Source of the DNA: Chthonomonas calidirosea
GTDB lineage: Bacteria > Armatimonadota > Fimbriimonadia > Fimbriimonadales > Fimbriimonadaceae
Length of the DNA stretch: 54,742 nucleotides
Direction: 5' to 3'
NCBI GenBank assembly: GCA_945859975.1
Contig: CAMAPH010000017.1
Location: 1 to 54,742, forward strand
The position numbers and the translations under genes were made by a program. The notes under the pieces were generated by a model. The model ran no database searches. It was not told the origin of the DNA and saw only the letters and a program-made list of their open reading frames with translations. Positions 1-9,857 of the stretch are shown here, in pieces. Within the stretch, counting starts at the first letter, position 1. The number at the start of each line of letters is the position of its first letter.

Positions 1-2
1 GG

Positions 3-239
3 CTCCGGAATCGCGGTATTGGCATCCTGATCACCGACCACAACGTCGCGGCCACCCTGCGTATCACCGACCGCAACTACATCCTCATCGATGGGCAGAT
101 CATCAAAGAAGGCTCTCGGGAAGAGATCTCAAACGATCCGCTAGTACGCAAACACTATCTCGGCCAACAGTTTTCGACCGATTCAAACGAACCGAAGCCC
201 GAAATCCCCCTGAGCGAGGAACCGCCTGAAACTCGTTGA
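3..239 (+). CDS. lptB: LPS export ABC transporter ATP-binding protein, C-terminal part (5'-truncated by window)
   Basis: Own translation of frame 3: LRNRGIGILITDHNVAATLRITDRNYILIDGQIIKEGSREEISNDPLVRKHYLGQQF, with the LptB ITDHNV H-loop and YLG end; stop TGA 237-239; upstream of LptF/G. Confidence 0.9.
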   Translation, partial: LRNRGIGILITDHNVAATLRITDRNYILIDGQIIKEGSREEISNDPLVRKHYLGQQFSTDSNEPKPEIPLSEEPPETR

Positions 240-1335
240 TCGGCTGATTTTCAAGGAGGTCATCGGGCCATGGGTGTTCGGGGTTGGGATGTTCACGACC
301 CTCCTCATGGCGGGCACCTTCCTCGGTCGCCTGACCGGCTACGTGGTGGATGGCGTGCCGATGTCTCTCATCGTGGAGGCATTCTTCCTGCTGATGCCCG
401 CGTTGCTGGCGAAGACATTCTCAATGTCGATTCTTCTGGCCGCGTTGCTGAGCTTTGGCCGATTGAGTTCGGACAGCGAAGTGGTTGCCCTCCGGGCCGC
501 AGGGTGCAGCATCCCTCGGCTCATTTTGCCCATGGCAATGTTCGGCTTTGGGGTTGCTCTACTGACCTTTGGCTTCAACGAGACGGTAGTTCCTAACGCA
601 ACGAAAGGCTCGCTGGAGATCGCGAACCGCATCTCGAAGGAAAAGAACGTCAGCGCCGCCCTCCCAATTTCCCGGACTGAAATTCAGAAAGGAAAGCTGC
701 GGCTTGGGATCGTCGCAAAGAACGTGAACCCAGCGGATCGCACCCTCCAAGGAGTCACGCTGATCAGCTACGACGATAAGGGCGAAGAGTCGTTTATTCT
801 GCTTGCGAAAGAGCTTCGCTATACCGGCACCCAGAACTGGGAAGTCACGGGAGGCGCAACCCTGCTCTCCCCCGACGGCGCAACGGTTTCTCGCTTAGAA
901 GGGCGAATCTGGCCGGAACAGATCAGCAAGTTGGAGACGTCGTTTACCGACCTCATCAAAGAGCGAGACGACGACTTCGATGCCCTGACGATGGCCGAAT
1001 TGGGTGCCCGCATCGAGAAACACCGTCGCGATGGATCGCGCTTACCAGCACAAATTGCGAATTATGAGTACGGATACTGGAACAAGCTCAGTGTTCCGCT
1101 CGCCGCGATAATCTTTGGTGCCCTTGGTGGCGTCCTAGGAATACGCAGCCACCGCACAGGAACGGCCGCAGGGTTTGCCCTTGCGGTGGCTATCATCTTT
1201 CTGTACGTGATGCTGGCAAACTTTATGGCGGTTTGGGCTCAAGGTGGAGCCGTACCAGCTTGGGTTGCGAGTTTTGCTCCGCTTTTAATCGGATCAATCG
1301 CAACTGGCGTGATAATGTGGCGAAGGAACGGCTAA
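226..1335 (+). CDS. lptF: LptF/LptG family LPS export permease
   Basis: RLSSDSEVVALRAAG motif, 3+3 TM layout, typical C-terminus. ORF track starts at 274, but the conserved N-terminus (L)KLVDRLIFKEVIGPW extends to a CTG at 226. Confidence 0.88.
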   Translation: MKLVDRLIFKEVIGPWVFGVGMFTTLLMAGTFLGRLTGYVVDGVPMSLIVEAFFLLMPALLAKTFSMSILLAALLSFGRLSSDSEVVALRAAGCSIPRLILPMAMFGFGVALLTFGFNETVVPNATKGSLEIANRISKEKNVSAALPISRTEIQKGKLRLGIVAKNVNPADRTLQGVTLISYDDKGEESFILLAKELRYTGTQNWEVTGGATLLSPDGATVSRLEGRIWPEQISKLETSFTDLIKERDDDFDALTMAELGARIEKHRRDGSRLPAQIANYEYGYWNKLSVPLAAIIFGALGGVLGIRSHRTGTAAGFALAVAIIFLYVMLANFMAVWAQGGAVPAWVASFAPLLIGSIATGVIMWRRNG

Positions 1336-1342
1336 GAGCACT

Positions 1343-2887
1343 TTGGATTTCCTAACGATTGGATTTCTTCTCGGCATCGTTGGCGTCAGCGGATTCATCG
1401 CTTACGTTGCCGATAACTTAGGACGGAAGCTAGGCAAGAAGCGGCTATCCGTAGGGAAAATGCGGCCCAAGCACGTCGCAATTTTCGGCGTTGTCCTCAC
1501 AGGAATGGTCGTTTCCGGCTCCACAATCGCGCTGGTGGCGTTTGCCAGCAAAGACGTGCGGCGATGGCTCCTCTATGGCCGACAAGCGCTAGAACAGCTC
1601 AACGTGACCCGAGACAAAGTAACCAGTCTGGAGGCGGAAGGAACCAAGCTCGAACTGTCGAACAAGAATCTGGTGAGTCGAAACTATGTGCTTACCGCGC
1701 AGGCCAGTCGGCTGAAGGCCCAGATCGAAACCCAGCGAAAATCGATCTCCACGCAGACCGAGACCGTCACCCGCCTTCGCGCCGACGTTAGAAAATTTGA
1801 GTCTCGCGTCGCAGAACTTGATCGCCGCGAATCCGAAAACTTGAAGCAGCTTGAGCAGCGCCAGGCCTCCCTCACTACGGCCAAAAAGACTCTGGACCAA
1901 GTTCAACTTGAAATCAAACGCGCAAAAACGGACCGCTTCACGGCAGTAAAAGAGTTCAATGATGTCAACCGTAAGAACTACGAACTCACATCTCAGAACT
2001 CGGAGCTCAGCGCTGACATCGCAAAACAAGAGGGGGAAATAAAAGTTCTGCAAGCCGAGGCTGCACGGCTGACCGGCGAGCGCAAACTGGTCGAAGGCGA
2101 ACTGGACCGTTCGAAGAGCGATCTCGAACGGACCCAACGCGAGCTGGGTCGGCTGGAAACCCAACTGAACTCCGTACAAGCCGACTATCGCTTGGCGGTC
2201 TCCTACAACCAAATGCTGGGTTCAACCTTCGCCGCCGCACGCAAGGCGCCCATGACTTTCAAGATCGGCGAAGAAGTGGTGCGGTTGCCGGTCGCCGAAA
2301 ATCTAACGGTCGAAAGCGCGAGGCGGTCGGTCGATGTCTTCCTCAGCATGGCCAGAACCGTCGCCAGCGGCCGAGGAGCAAAGTCCAACGGCCAGTACGA
2401 TTCGGCAGACATCGTTGACCACCAAGATGTCATCACCAAACAAAACATTCCAGCAAGCGAGATTCGCGCGAGCATCGTGCGCCAGTTGGTTGGTCAGGCC
2501 GAAGCACAGGTTATCGTTGCCTACTCCAGCTTAAACGCCTTTGAAGGCGAGCCGGTCAGCATTGAAATTGGCGTCTTCAAGAATCCGATCATCTACAAGG
2601 CCGGCGCTAATCTGGCCGAAACTCGGATCGACGGATCAAAGGATGAGCCCGCCATCTTCCGCCAAGTTGTCTCGTTCCTCTCCGAACGCCTAGCAACAAG
2701 AGTCGCCAAAGACCAAGTGATTCCACGCTCTGGCTCCGAGCGTCCGTTTGGTGAAGTGAGCACGGAAGAAATGCTGGAACTGGTGAGCACGATCCGCAAA
2801 GCCGATCGACAAGTTTTCCTCCGCGCTCAGGCCGATGAAGAAACCCGGGCAAGCGATGTCGTTCGCCTGCGATTCAAAGTTTTCTAA
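1343..2887 (+). CDS. DUF3084 domain coiled-coil membrane protein
   Basis: N-terminal GFIAYVADNLGRKLGKKRLS..MRPKHVA motif of DUF3084, 2 TM, long coiled coil; usual position after lptF. Confidence 0.8.
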   Translation: MDFLTIGFLLGIVGVSGFIAYVADNLGRKLGKKRLSVGKMRPKHVAIFGVVLTGMVVSGSTIALVAFASKDVRRWLLYGRQALEQLNVTRDKVTSLEAEGTKLELSNKNLVSRNYVLTAQASRLKAQIETQRKSISTQTETVTRLRADVRKFESRVAELDRRESENLKQLEQRQASLTTAKKTLDQVQLEIKRAKTDRFTAVKEFNDVNRKNYELTSQNSELSADIAKQEGEIKVLQAEAARLTGERKLVEGELDRSKSDLERTQRELGRLETQLNSVQADYRLAVSYNQMLGSTFAAARKAPMTFKIGEEVVRLPVAENLTVESARRSVDVFLSMARTVASGRGAKSNGQYDSADIVDHQDVITKQNIPASEIRASIVRQLVGQAEAQVIVAYSSLNAFEGEPVSIEIGVFKNPIIYKAGANLAETRIDGSKDEPAIFRQVVSFLSERLATRVAKDQVIPRSGSERPFGEVSTEEMLELVSTIRKADRQVFLRAQADEETRASDVVRLRFKVF

Positions 2888-2906
2888 GCCATCATTTCGA
2901 CGTAAC

Positions 2907-3320
2907 ATGGAAAAATCGGTGCTGGCGATTGACCCCGGAACTCACAAGTGCGGGATGGCTCTGGTGCATCGAAACGCCGACTTTCACCTGACCCGGCTTT
3001 GGAGCGAAATATGCCCCACCGACGACGTGTTGTACAAGCTACACGAGGCTTTCGCCGTTGCACCATTCGACATGGTCATCATCGGCGGCGGCACCCATTC
3101 ACAGCCAATTGTCCACCTCGTGCGACAACAAATGCCTAGCATGGCGGTACTCGTCGTCGATGAAACCAACACGAGTTTGGCGGCCCGCGAAAGGTATTGG
3201 GAGTTCAATCCTAGGCAGGGTTGGCGGCGATTTTTGCCCAGTACGCTGCAACTTCCACCGGTCCCAGTGGATGACTACGTGGCCTATATTCTTGCGGAGC
3301 GTGTGTTAACAGAGAGTTAA
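2907..3320 (+). CDS. YqgF/RuvX-like RNase H-fold resolvase-family protein
   Basis: VLAIDPG..KCG, VDETNTSLAARERYW and PVDDYVA motifs; ATG at 2907 chosen. Confidence 0.8.
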   Translation: MEKSVLAIDPGTHKCGMALVHRNADFHLTRLWSEICPTDDVLYKLHEAFAVAPFDMVIIGGGTHSQPIVHLVRQQMPSMAVLVVDETNTSLAARERYWEFNPRQGWRRFLPSTLQLPPVPVDDYVAYILAERVLTES

Positions 3321-3350
3321 GACGGGCTCAGCCCGGTACAATAAGAGGGT

Positions 3351-5189
3351 ATGTCCCAAAAGATCCGTAATATTGGCATCATTGCTCACGTTGACCACGG
3401 CAAAACTACGCTGGTCGATGCCATCTTCAAGCAGGCGGGTCTTTTCCGTGAAAATCAGCACATGGCCAATCGGGTCATGGACTCCAACGACCTTGAGCGA
3501 GAAAAAGGAATTACTATCCTTTCCAAGGTTGCTAGTGTCCGCTATCAAGACACGAAAATCAACATCGTCGACACCCCAGGTCACGCTGACTTTGGCGGCG
3601 AAGTCGAACGAGTATTGAGCATGGTAGACGGCGTTCTCCTCATCGTTGACGCCAACGAAGGCCCGATGCCGCAAACGCGATTCGTGCTTAAGAAAGCTTT
3701 CGAAAACAAGCTGAAGCCGATCGTGTTCGTCAACAAGATTGACCGAGAGTTCGCTCGACCGGCCGAAGCGTACGACAAGACGCTCGACCTGTTTATCGAC
3801 CTTGGCGCGAACGAGGAAGACCTCTTCTTCCCTCACCTCTACGGATCAGGCGCATCAGGCTTTGCCCGAGAAACTCCCGATGGACCAGAAATGGACCTTC
3901 GGTTGCTTTACGAGATGATCCTTCGGGAAATCCCGGCTCCCCGAGTTGAGGCGGAAGGTGCCTTCCGACTACAGGTTAACAACCTTGACTACAGCGACTA
4001 CCTGGGCCGCATGTTCGGTGGAAAGGTCCTTCGCGGAACGGTCGCCGTCGGCGACCGAGTCGAGATGCTTCGAGAGGACATCACGAAGAAGAACGCCTTT
4101 AACGTCACCAAGCTTTGGATCTACGAAGGCATTCAGCTGAAGGAAGTCGAAAGCGTTGCTGCTGGCGACATCGCGATGCTCGCTGGACTCGACAACGTTC
4201 TCATTTCAGACACGATTTGCCACGTTGACACCTCGGAAGCCCTTGAGCCAATCCGAGTTGAGCCAAGCACGCTCAGCATGAACTTCTACGCAAACAACTC
4301 GCCGCTCGCCAGTAAAGACGGCGGTAAGTTCCTCACGATCCACAAGATCAAAGAGCGATTGCAGAAGGAAGAAGCGGTTTCCGTTTCCGTCAAGATCGAC
4401 CCGAACGCCCCATCCGACACCGTTAAGGTGAAGGCACGAGGCGAACTCCAGCTCGCCGTTCTCATCGAAACGATGCGACGAGAGGGCTATGAAATGCAGA
4501 TTTCGCGCCCGCAGGTTATCTTCACCCGAAACGCCGAAGGCAAGATTGAAGAGCCGTTCGAGCTAGCCACCCTCGAAATGCCGACCGACAGCGTCGGCTC
4601 CGTCATGGAAGACTTGGCTCGCCGAAAGGGAGAAATGCTGGACATGCGCCAGAACGACTCCGGCAACTCAATCCTTCAGTACTCGATCCCAACTCGTGGC
4701 TTGATCGGTTTCCGATCGAACTACCTGACCCTCACCCGAGGGCTCGGAATCATGGGCTCGCTGTTTGATGGCTATCGGCAGTACACCGGCGAAGTCGAAA
4801 GCCGAACCCAAGGATCGCTGATCTCGAAGGACACCGGAAAACTCACACGGTACGCGTATGAGGACGTCCAGGTCCGCGGAACCCTTTTCTACCCGGTCGG
4901 AACCGAGCTCTACGCCGGAATGATCGTTGGAGCCTGTTCGCGAGACGAAGACATGATTGTCAACGCCACGAAAGAAAAGGCTGCCACGAACATCCGATCG
5001 GCAAACGCCGAGCAGACCGCCGTTCTGGACTCCCACAAGGAGTTCTCGCTGGAACAGGCTCTGTCCTGGCTCCGCGACGACGAACTGCTGGAGTGCACGC
5101 CAAAGCAGCTTCGCTTCCGAAAGAAGGTTCTCGACCACTCCGAGCGACGCGTCTCCGAGCGCCGCAACGACATGGCTGGAATCGTCTAA
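3351..5189 (+). CDS. typA: Translational GTPase TypA/BipA
   Basis: AHVDHGKTTLVD, DTPGHADFGGEVER, NKID, RGELQL..LIETMRREGYE, DDELLE.TP motifs. Confidence 0.97.
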   Translation: MSQKIRNIGIIAHVDHGKTTLVDAIFKQAGLFRENQHMANRVMDSNDLEREKGITILSKVASVRYQDTKINIVDTPGHADFGGEVERVLSMVDGVLLIVDANEGPMPQTRFVLKKAFENKLKPIVFVNKIDREFARPAEAYDKTLDLFIDLGANEEDLFFPHLYGSGASGFARETPDGPEMDLRLLYEMILREIPAPRVEAEGAFRLQVNNLDYSDYLGRMFGGKVLRGTVAVGDRVEMLREDITKKNAFNVTKLWIYEGIQLKEVESVAAGDIAMLAGLDNVLISDTICHVDTSEALEPIRVEPSTLSMNFYANNSPLASKDGGKFLTIHKIKERLQKEEAVSVSVKIDPNAPSDTVKVKARGELQLAVLIETMRREGYEMQISRPQVIFTRNAEGKIEEPFELATLEMPTDSVGSVMEDLARRKGEMLDMRQNDSGNSILQYSIPTRGLIGFRSNYLTLTRGLGIMGSLFDGYRQYTGEVESRTQGSLISKDTGKLTRYAYEDVQVRGTLFYPVGTELYAGMIVGACSRDEDMIVNATKEKAATNIRSANAEQTAVLDSHKEFSLEQALSWLRDDELLECTPKQLRFRKKVLDHSERRVSERRNDMAGIV

Positions 5190-5201
5190 GGGCTGAGTCG
5201 C

Positions 5202-5239
5202 AAAAATGGCGTCCGCAATACTGCGGACGCCATTTTTTT
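5202..5239. terminator. Bidirectional rho-independent terminator
   Basis: AAAAATGGCGTCCGCA-atac-TGCGGACGCCATTTTTTT perfect hairpin with A/T tracts on both sides, between convergent genes. Confidence 0.9.
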
Positions 5240-5246
5240 GTGTCCG

Positions 5247-6218
5247 TCAGGCGCTAAGCGCGAAGTGCCAGACCGAAGTCTCAGTCGGCACAACCGTGCC
5301 CTCGCCCGATTCCACGTCGTACCGGTGCAGATACGGCATCGACTCGTCGCTGTCGTCCAAGTCCTCGCTTACAAAGACATGCTTCGAGTCCAACGACCAA
5401 GCGATGCAGTCTTGGTAGGTCTCGTGCTGCGATAGCTGTCGGACATTCGTGCCATCAGCGTCCATGATGAAGAGCGAAATTGGATCAACGGCTTCATCGT
5501 CTGGCGATTCTTCGTCAATCGGAAGTGCGCCGATCATCGCGATCTGCGTGCCATCCGGCGACCAACGTGCGTTCATCGCGGCGCAAACGGGCAAGTCGAG
5601 TTCGGTAACCGTCTGCGTCTCGCTGTCCCCTAAGTACAGGCCGTGCTCAAACTCATCGTCTTCCCGAACCAGGAAGAATGCTGATGAGGTCCCCGACCAG
5701 TACACGCTGCCGCCCACATTGAGCAGATCCTCTAGCTCCCAAGGTTCGCGACCGTCGGCGTAATGGACTTCGTAAACGTCCTCGCCCTCATCGTCTTGCC
5801 GAACCACGATCCATTTCGATTCATCATCGGCAAGCGAATCAAACGCAATCGCGGGCGAGTACTGAAGATCCTCGCCTTCCAGATCGACGGATACCATTGG
5901 CTCGCCATCCCCGGATGAGAAAAGTAGCCGCTGTCCATCGTTGATGAACTGCTGGAAGAGCATTCCCTCGGGCACGCCAAGCCGGCGCAATCGCGAGCCG
6001 TCCGGGTTCACCAGATAATCAGTAGAAGACTTGTCGCTGTCCGCGTCGCCGGCAATGCAGAAGTAAATTGAATCCTGATGCCAGCAAGGAAACAGCACGG
6101 CATCATCGAGTTGAGCGATCGTGCGCTTGTTGGAACCGTCTAAATCGCTTACGTAAAGCTTCCCTTCGTACGCGTCCGTCCCGGCAAACACAATTCGCTG
6201 CGGCTGTGAAGTTTCCAT
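5247..6218 (-). CDS. TolB-like/PD40 beta-propeller repeat protein, very acidic
   Basis: Repeats ARWSPDGTQIA, LFIMDADGTNVRQL, IAWSLDSKHVF, LYVSDLDGSNKR. Confidence 0.75.
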   Translation of the reverse strand: METSQPQRIVFAGTDAYEGKLYVSDLDGSNKRTIAQLDDAVLFPCWHQDSIYFCIAGDADSDKSSTDYLVNPDGSRLRRLGVPEGMLFQQFINDGQRLLFSSGDGEPMVSVDLEGEDLQYSPAIAFDSLADDESKWIVVRQDDEGEDVYEVHYADGREPWELEDLLNVGGSVYWSGTSSAFFLVREDDEFEHGLYLGDSETQTVTELDLPVCAAMNARWSPDGTQIAMIGALPIDEESPDDEAVDPISLFIMDADGTNVRQLSQHETYQDCIAWSLDSKHVFVSEDLDDSDESMPYLHRYDVESGEGTVVPTETSVWHFALSA

Positions 6219-6266
6219 CTACTGGCAAGGTTAGCCAATTCGACCCCCGCAAACGGGGACTTTTCG

Positions 6267-7298
6267 TTACTTTGCCGGAATTGGTCCCTTTATTCCGCCA
6301 CGGGTGCGGAAAACGAGGATCGCGAGGATGCCCAATCCCACGGCTCCGGCGTAGCCTGCATACTCCGTTCGCGTCCAAGCCAGATACGCCAGCGGGAACA
6401 GAAACGCAACGTTCACGAAGATGTAGGCAACCGTGACCGGAAGGTGCTTCTTGGCCTGGGTCGCCGCGACCTGAAACGCGTGCGTCCGGTGCGCTTGCGA
6501 TGGGTTCTCTTTGTTGAGGATTCGGCAGATCAGAGTCACCGTAGCATCGCAGAAGAACGCGCCGATGATGAGCAACCAAACGAACATCCCAACGCCGGAC
6601 TTGAGACCAATCAAGGCAAGCACGCCGAAGGAATAGCCATTGAGGGTCGAACCTACGTCGCCCATGAAAATCTTTGCTGGCGGCCAGTTCCAGAACAAGA
6701 AGCCCGCCGCTGCCGCGGCTAAAAGCCAAGCGGCCCAAGCGGCGCCGAAGACCTCACTCTTGAAGAGGACAAATCCCATTGCGCCGCCAACCAGCACCGC
6801 TTCTTGCCCGGACATCCCGTCGATGCCGTCCATGAAGTTGAAAAGATTGATGAGCCAAACCACGGTGATAACGGCGAACAAATTGCCGAACCAACCGAGC
6901 GAGAGCGTCGTGAATCCAAGGTTCATCTCTGGCAAGCCGCCGAGCGCCCAAACCGCCAACCCCGCGCTTCCTGCCTGAACCAGCAAGCGAACCCGGAAAG
7001 GAAGATCCATTCGGTCATCAAGCCAGCCCGTGCCAGCAATCAGCGCACCTCCGAGGCCAAGGCCGATTGCTTGGCTACCCGGAAGAACTCCACCGACGAA
7101 AAGCCCCAAAACCGCAAGCAAGTACACGATCGCGATGGCCGCTCCGCCGCCCCGAGGGGTCGGCACGGTGTGCATGCTGCGCTCGTTCGCGACATCCATG
7201 ACCTTCTTCTTCAGCGCGAACGATCGCACGAGTCCGGTGAGACCAGCAGACGCGACCAAAGCCGCAACGAGAGCGCCGATTCCGATGGTGGTATTCAA
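6267..7298 (-). CDS. MraY-like polyprenyl-phosphate sugar-1-phosphate transferase (WbpL/WecA type, Glycos_transf_4)
   Basis: RSMH.VPTPRGGG, GWLDD, NLFNFMDGIDG, FWNWPPAKIFMGDVGS, AHRTHAFQ motifs; multi-TM. Confidence 0.92.
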   Translation of the reverse strand: MNTTIGIGALVAALVASAGLTGLVRSFALKKKVMDVANERSMHTVPTPRGGGAAIAIVYLLAVLGLFVGGVLPGSQAIGLGLGGALIAGTGWLDDRMDLPFRVRLLVQAGSAGLAVWALGGLPEMNLGFTTLSLGWFGNLFAVITVVWLINLFNFMDGIDGMSGQEAVLVGGAMGFVLFKSEVFGAAWAAWLLAAAAAGFLFWNWPPAKIFMGDVGSTLNGYSFGVLALIGLKSGVGMFVWLLIIGAFFCDATVTLICRILNKENPSQAHRTHAFQVAATQAKKHLPVTVAYIFVNVAFLFPLAYLAWTRTEYAGYAGAVGLGILAILVFRTRGGIKGPIPAK

Positions 7299-8257
7299 TC
7301 TTTCATCCTTTCCGTTCGATAATGCTGGGCCATCTCAAGCATCCCAGCTTCGAGCGCGTGAGGCGCCTTCCAGCCTAGGACTTCATATGCCTGGGAGGAA
7401 TCGACGACGAGCGAGCCGAACAAGGAATCGAAGGCTTTCTGCTTCCGCGCCACCTTGGCCGCGAACGAAGCCAGTCCGACTGGGAAGGGCAACAGCTTTG
7501 CTGGCTTCTCAAGCCCGCGCCCAAGAATGGTCAGAAGCTCAGGAGTCGAAATCACCTCTGGATCGGCGACGGTAAGTGTCTTCCCGGCCGCCTGAGGGCT
7601 CTCTGTGCACACTGCAACAAAGTCCGCGAGGTTTCGAACGCCGACAAAACTACGTCGGTTTTTCGCCGAAGCCAGCGGCAGCGGCACCCCCTTCCAAACA
7701 ATCCCTAACAGACTGCGCATGTTGCCTGGAACGGCCGGACCGTACACCAACGGCGGACGAATGTTGACGATTTCCAACCCTTCGATCCGAGCAAGTTCGT
7801 CCTCCGCTTCTCGCTTACTAATGGCATACAGGTCGTGCGGCTGAGGATCGTCCGTGCCGCGATAGCCAGCACCGGCATAGTCGGGACCCTGGCCGTTACC
7901 ATTCACGCCAATCGAGCTCATGAAAACAAATCGCTTGACGCCAGCGGCTTTAGCGGCCTTCGCCAAAGTCACCGTGCCGTGACGGTTGACCTTTCGGAAC
8001 TCGGCCAATGGGTCAGCGGCAGTCTCGTTGAGAACGTGCGCTCGGGCCGCTAGGTGAACCACCGCATCAACGCCGTGTAGGGCTCGGGACCAGTTCGTCT
8101 CCGGGCCGATGGAGCCAACCTCAAAGTGATCGACGCCCTTCGGCAATCGGTCAACTGCAAACGCGTCTCGAACCGCGACCCGGATCGAATGGCCCGAAAG
8201 GCGCTCGCAAACGTGTCGGCCAATGAAGCCAGTTGCTCCGGTGATCAGAATCTTCAA
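7295..8257 (-). CDS. NAD-dependent epimerase/dehydratase (WbpV/WbpK-like)
   Basis: TGATGFIG, HLAARAH, YAISK, IRPPLVYGP, RSFVG motifs. Confidence 0.88.
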   Translation of the reverse strand: MKILITGATGFIGRHVCERLSGHSIRVAVRDAFAVDRLPKGVDHFEVGSIGPETNWSRALHGVDAVVHLAARAHVLNETAADPLAEFRKVNRHGTVTLAKAAKAAGVKRFVFMSSIGVNGNGQGPDYAGAGYRGTDDPQPHDLYAISKREAEDELARIEGLEIVNIRPPLVYGPAVPGNMRSLLGIVWKGVPLPLASAKNRRSFVGVRNLADFVAVCTESPQAAGKTLTVADPEVISTPELLTILGRGLEKPAKLLPFPVGLASFAAKVARKQKAFDSLFGSLVVDSSQAYEVLGWKAPHALEAGMLEMAQHYRTERMKD

Positions 8258-9240
8258 GCAGTTACCCTCATGAGCGAATCGAGACTTGCGAGTTTAGACC
8301 GCAACTCCTCTCCTTCGAGACGATGACAGTTGGCCGAAGTGAGCGGATGAGGCAAGTCCGAGGCTGGAGGGGAGCTTGGCATTAACCGGAAAATCGATCC
8401 GAGGTCTTCGGCAATTGCTCGTTCCTCGGCCGCCAGCATCGTTTCGTGCTTGCGTTCGCCTGGTCGTGCGCCAACGATGGTGATCTCGGGTTTCGCATTC
8501 ATGAGGTCAGCAATGCCATTGGCAAGATCAAGAATCGTCGCTCCGCCAGTGTTCGCGGCAAAAATTTCTCCACCCATTTCGGTTCGCGCCAAGGCTTCAA
8601 GCGTGAGGGCGAGAACTTCGTCCGGGGTTGAAAGGAAGCGCGTCATTTCGGGATCGGTAACGTTCAATCCCTTTCCTTCCGAAATCAGTCTCACGAATAG
8701 CGGAACCACCGACCCCGGCGAATCGAGCATGTTGCCGAACCGGATCGCGGAAAACTTTGTGCCGGTGCTGTTTGCCGCACGCGCTCGCATGAGTTTCTCC
8801 ATCAGCGCTTTCGTGATTCCCATGCAACCAGATGGCTGGACCGCTTTGTCCGAGCTCACCGAAATCATTCGCTCTACTCCAGCGAGCTGCGCTTGGTCCA
8901 TGAGCACATCGGCGGCGAGGGCATTGACCCGAACTGCTTCGGCCGGATTAGCTTCGCAAACTGGAACACTCTTTTCTGCCGCCGCATGAATCACCCAGTC
9001 GATGCCTTCTAGCGCCGCGCGGCAATCCTCGGGGTTCTGAATGTCTCCCGCGACAAATTCCACGGCCGCGTTCGGAAACTGCGCCTGTAAAGCGGCTTGA
9101 CGCTCAACACTTCGTGACATCAGCCGGAGCGAGGCCACCTGAAGCTGGGGCAACCACTTAAGCGCGGTCAGTCCGTACAGGCCAGTACCACCGGTGATGA
9201 GAAGGCGCTTTCCGGGAAGGGCAGGAGGAACTTGAATCAT
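8254..9240 (-). CDS. UDP-GlcNAc 4,6-dehydratase-like polysaccharide biosynthesis protein (FnlA/CapE/PseB family)
   Basis: TGGTG, HAAAEKSVP.CE.NP.EA, SSDKAV, MGITKALMEK, RFGN, DPEMTRF, RPGERKHE. Confidence 0.85.
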   Translation of the reverse strand: MIQVPPALPGKRLLITGGTGLYGLTALKWLPQLQVASLRLMSRSVERQAALQAQFPNAAVEFVAGDIQNPEDCRAALEGIDWVIHAAAEKSVPVCEANPAEAVRVNALAADVLMDQAQLAGVERMISVSSDKAVQPSGCMGITKALMEKLMRARAANSTGTKFSAIRFGNMLDSPGSVVPLFVRLISEGKGLNVTDPEMTRFLSTPDEVLALTLEALARTEMGGEIFAANTGGATILDLANGIADLMNAKPEITIVGARPGERKHETMLAAEERAIAEDLGSIFRLMPSSPPASDLPHPLTSANCHRLEGEELRSKLASLDSLMRVTA

Positions 9241-9857
9241 AAGAAAGTTGATCCCGCAGGAACCACGGTATCGCTGGGAACGATTTTTCCGTACGGCACC
9301 GAGGCGCCGGTGTCTAAGTGTATTCGGTCGCCGACCTTTACGCCCCCGGCAAGGGCGACGCCTGGCCCGACGTGGACGAAATCTCCGACCACCACGTCGT
9401 GGTCAACTGCCGAGTTCGTATTGACGATGCAGTGCCGCCCGACTTGCGCCGCAACCATGACGACCGCGCCCGCACTCACGAATGTCCCTTCCATAATCGT
9501 CGCGTTCGGGTCAACAAAGGAGAACGGATGTTGAACTACGGGGAACTCAAGGTGAGAAAACTCTTCGCTCCAACGCATTCGGGCGAGATTGTTACCAACT
9601 GCAAAGTTCGCATAGCCGCAGACTTCGGCTAATCCGGCAATCGGTCCTCGAACCGGAATTCCGAGCACTTCGGTGCCAATGGCAGATTCCCGATCGTCCC
9701 AGAACGCCACGACCTTCCAGCCCAAGGCCAGCGCTGCCGAGGCGACAACCCGCCCGTGCCCGCCCGAACCGACAACGTGAAGCTCTTGCGCGACTTCCAT
9801 TTGCGGTGTCAGTGATACCACCTGAACTAGTTCAGTGATCGTTAAGGCAGTAGCCAA
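9237..9857 (-). CDS. PglD/NeuD family sugar acetyltransferase (hexapeptide repeat)
   Basis: GSGGHGRVV, AVGNN..R, QHP, IVNT..VDHD..VGDFVHVGPG. Confidence 0.88.
   Translation of the reverse strand: MATALTITELVQVVSLTPQMEVAQELHVVGSGGHGRVVASAALALGWKVVAFWDDRESAIGTEVLGIPVRGPIAGLAEVCGYANFAVGNNLARMRWSEEFSHLEFPVVQHPFSFVDPNATIMEGTFVSAGAVVMVAAQVGRHCIVNTNSAVDHDVVVGDFVHVGPGVALAGGVKVGDRIHLDTGASVPYGKIVPSDTVVPAGSTFL

Noticed and set aside
6243..6266. CCCCG-caaa-CGGGG hairpin as terminator
   Set aside because: Short stem, and the T-tract is on the strand opposite to the flanking minus-strand genes
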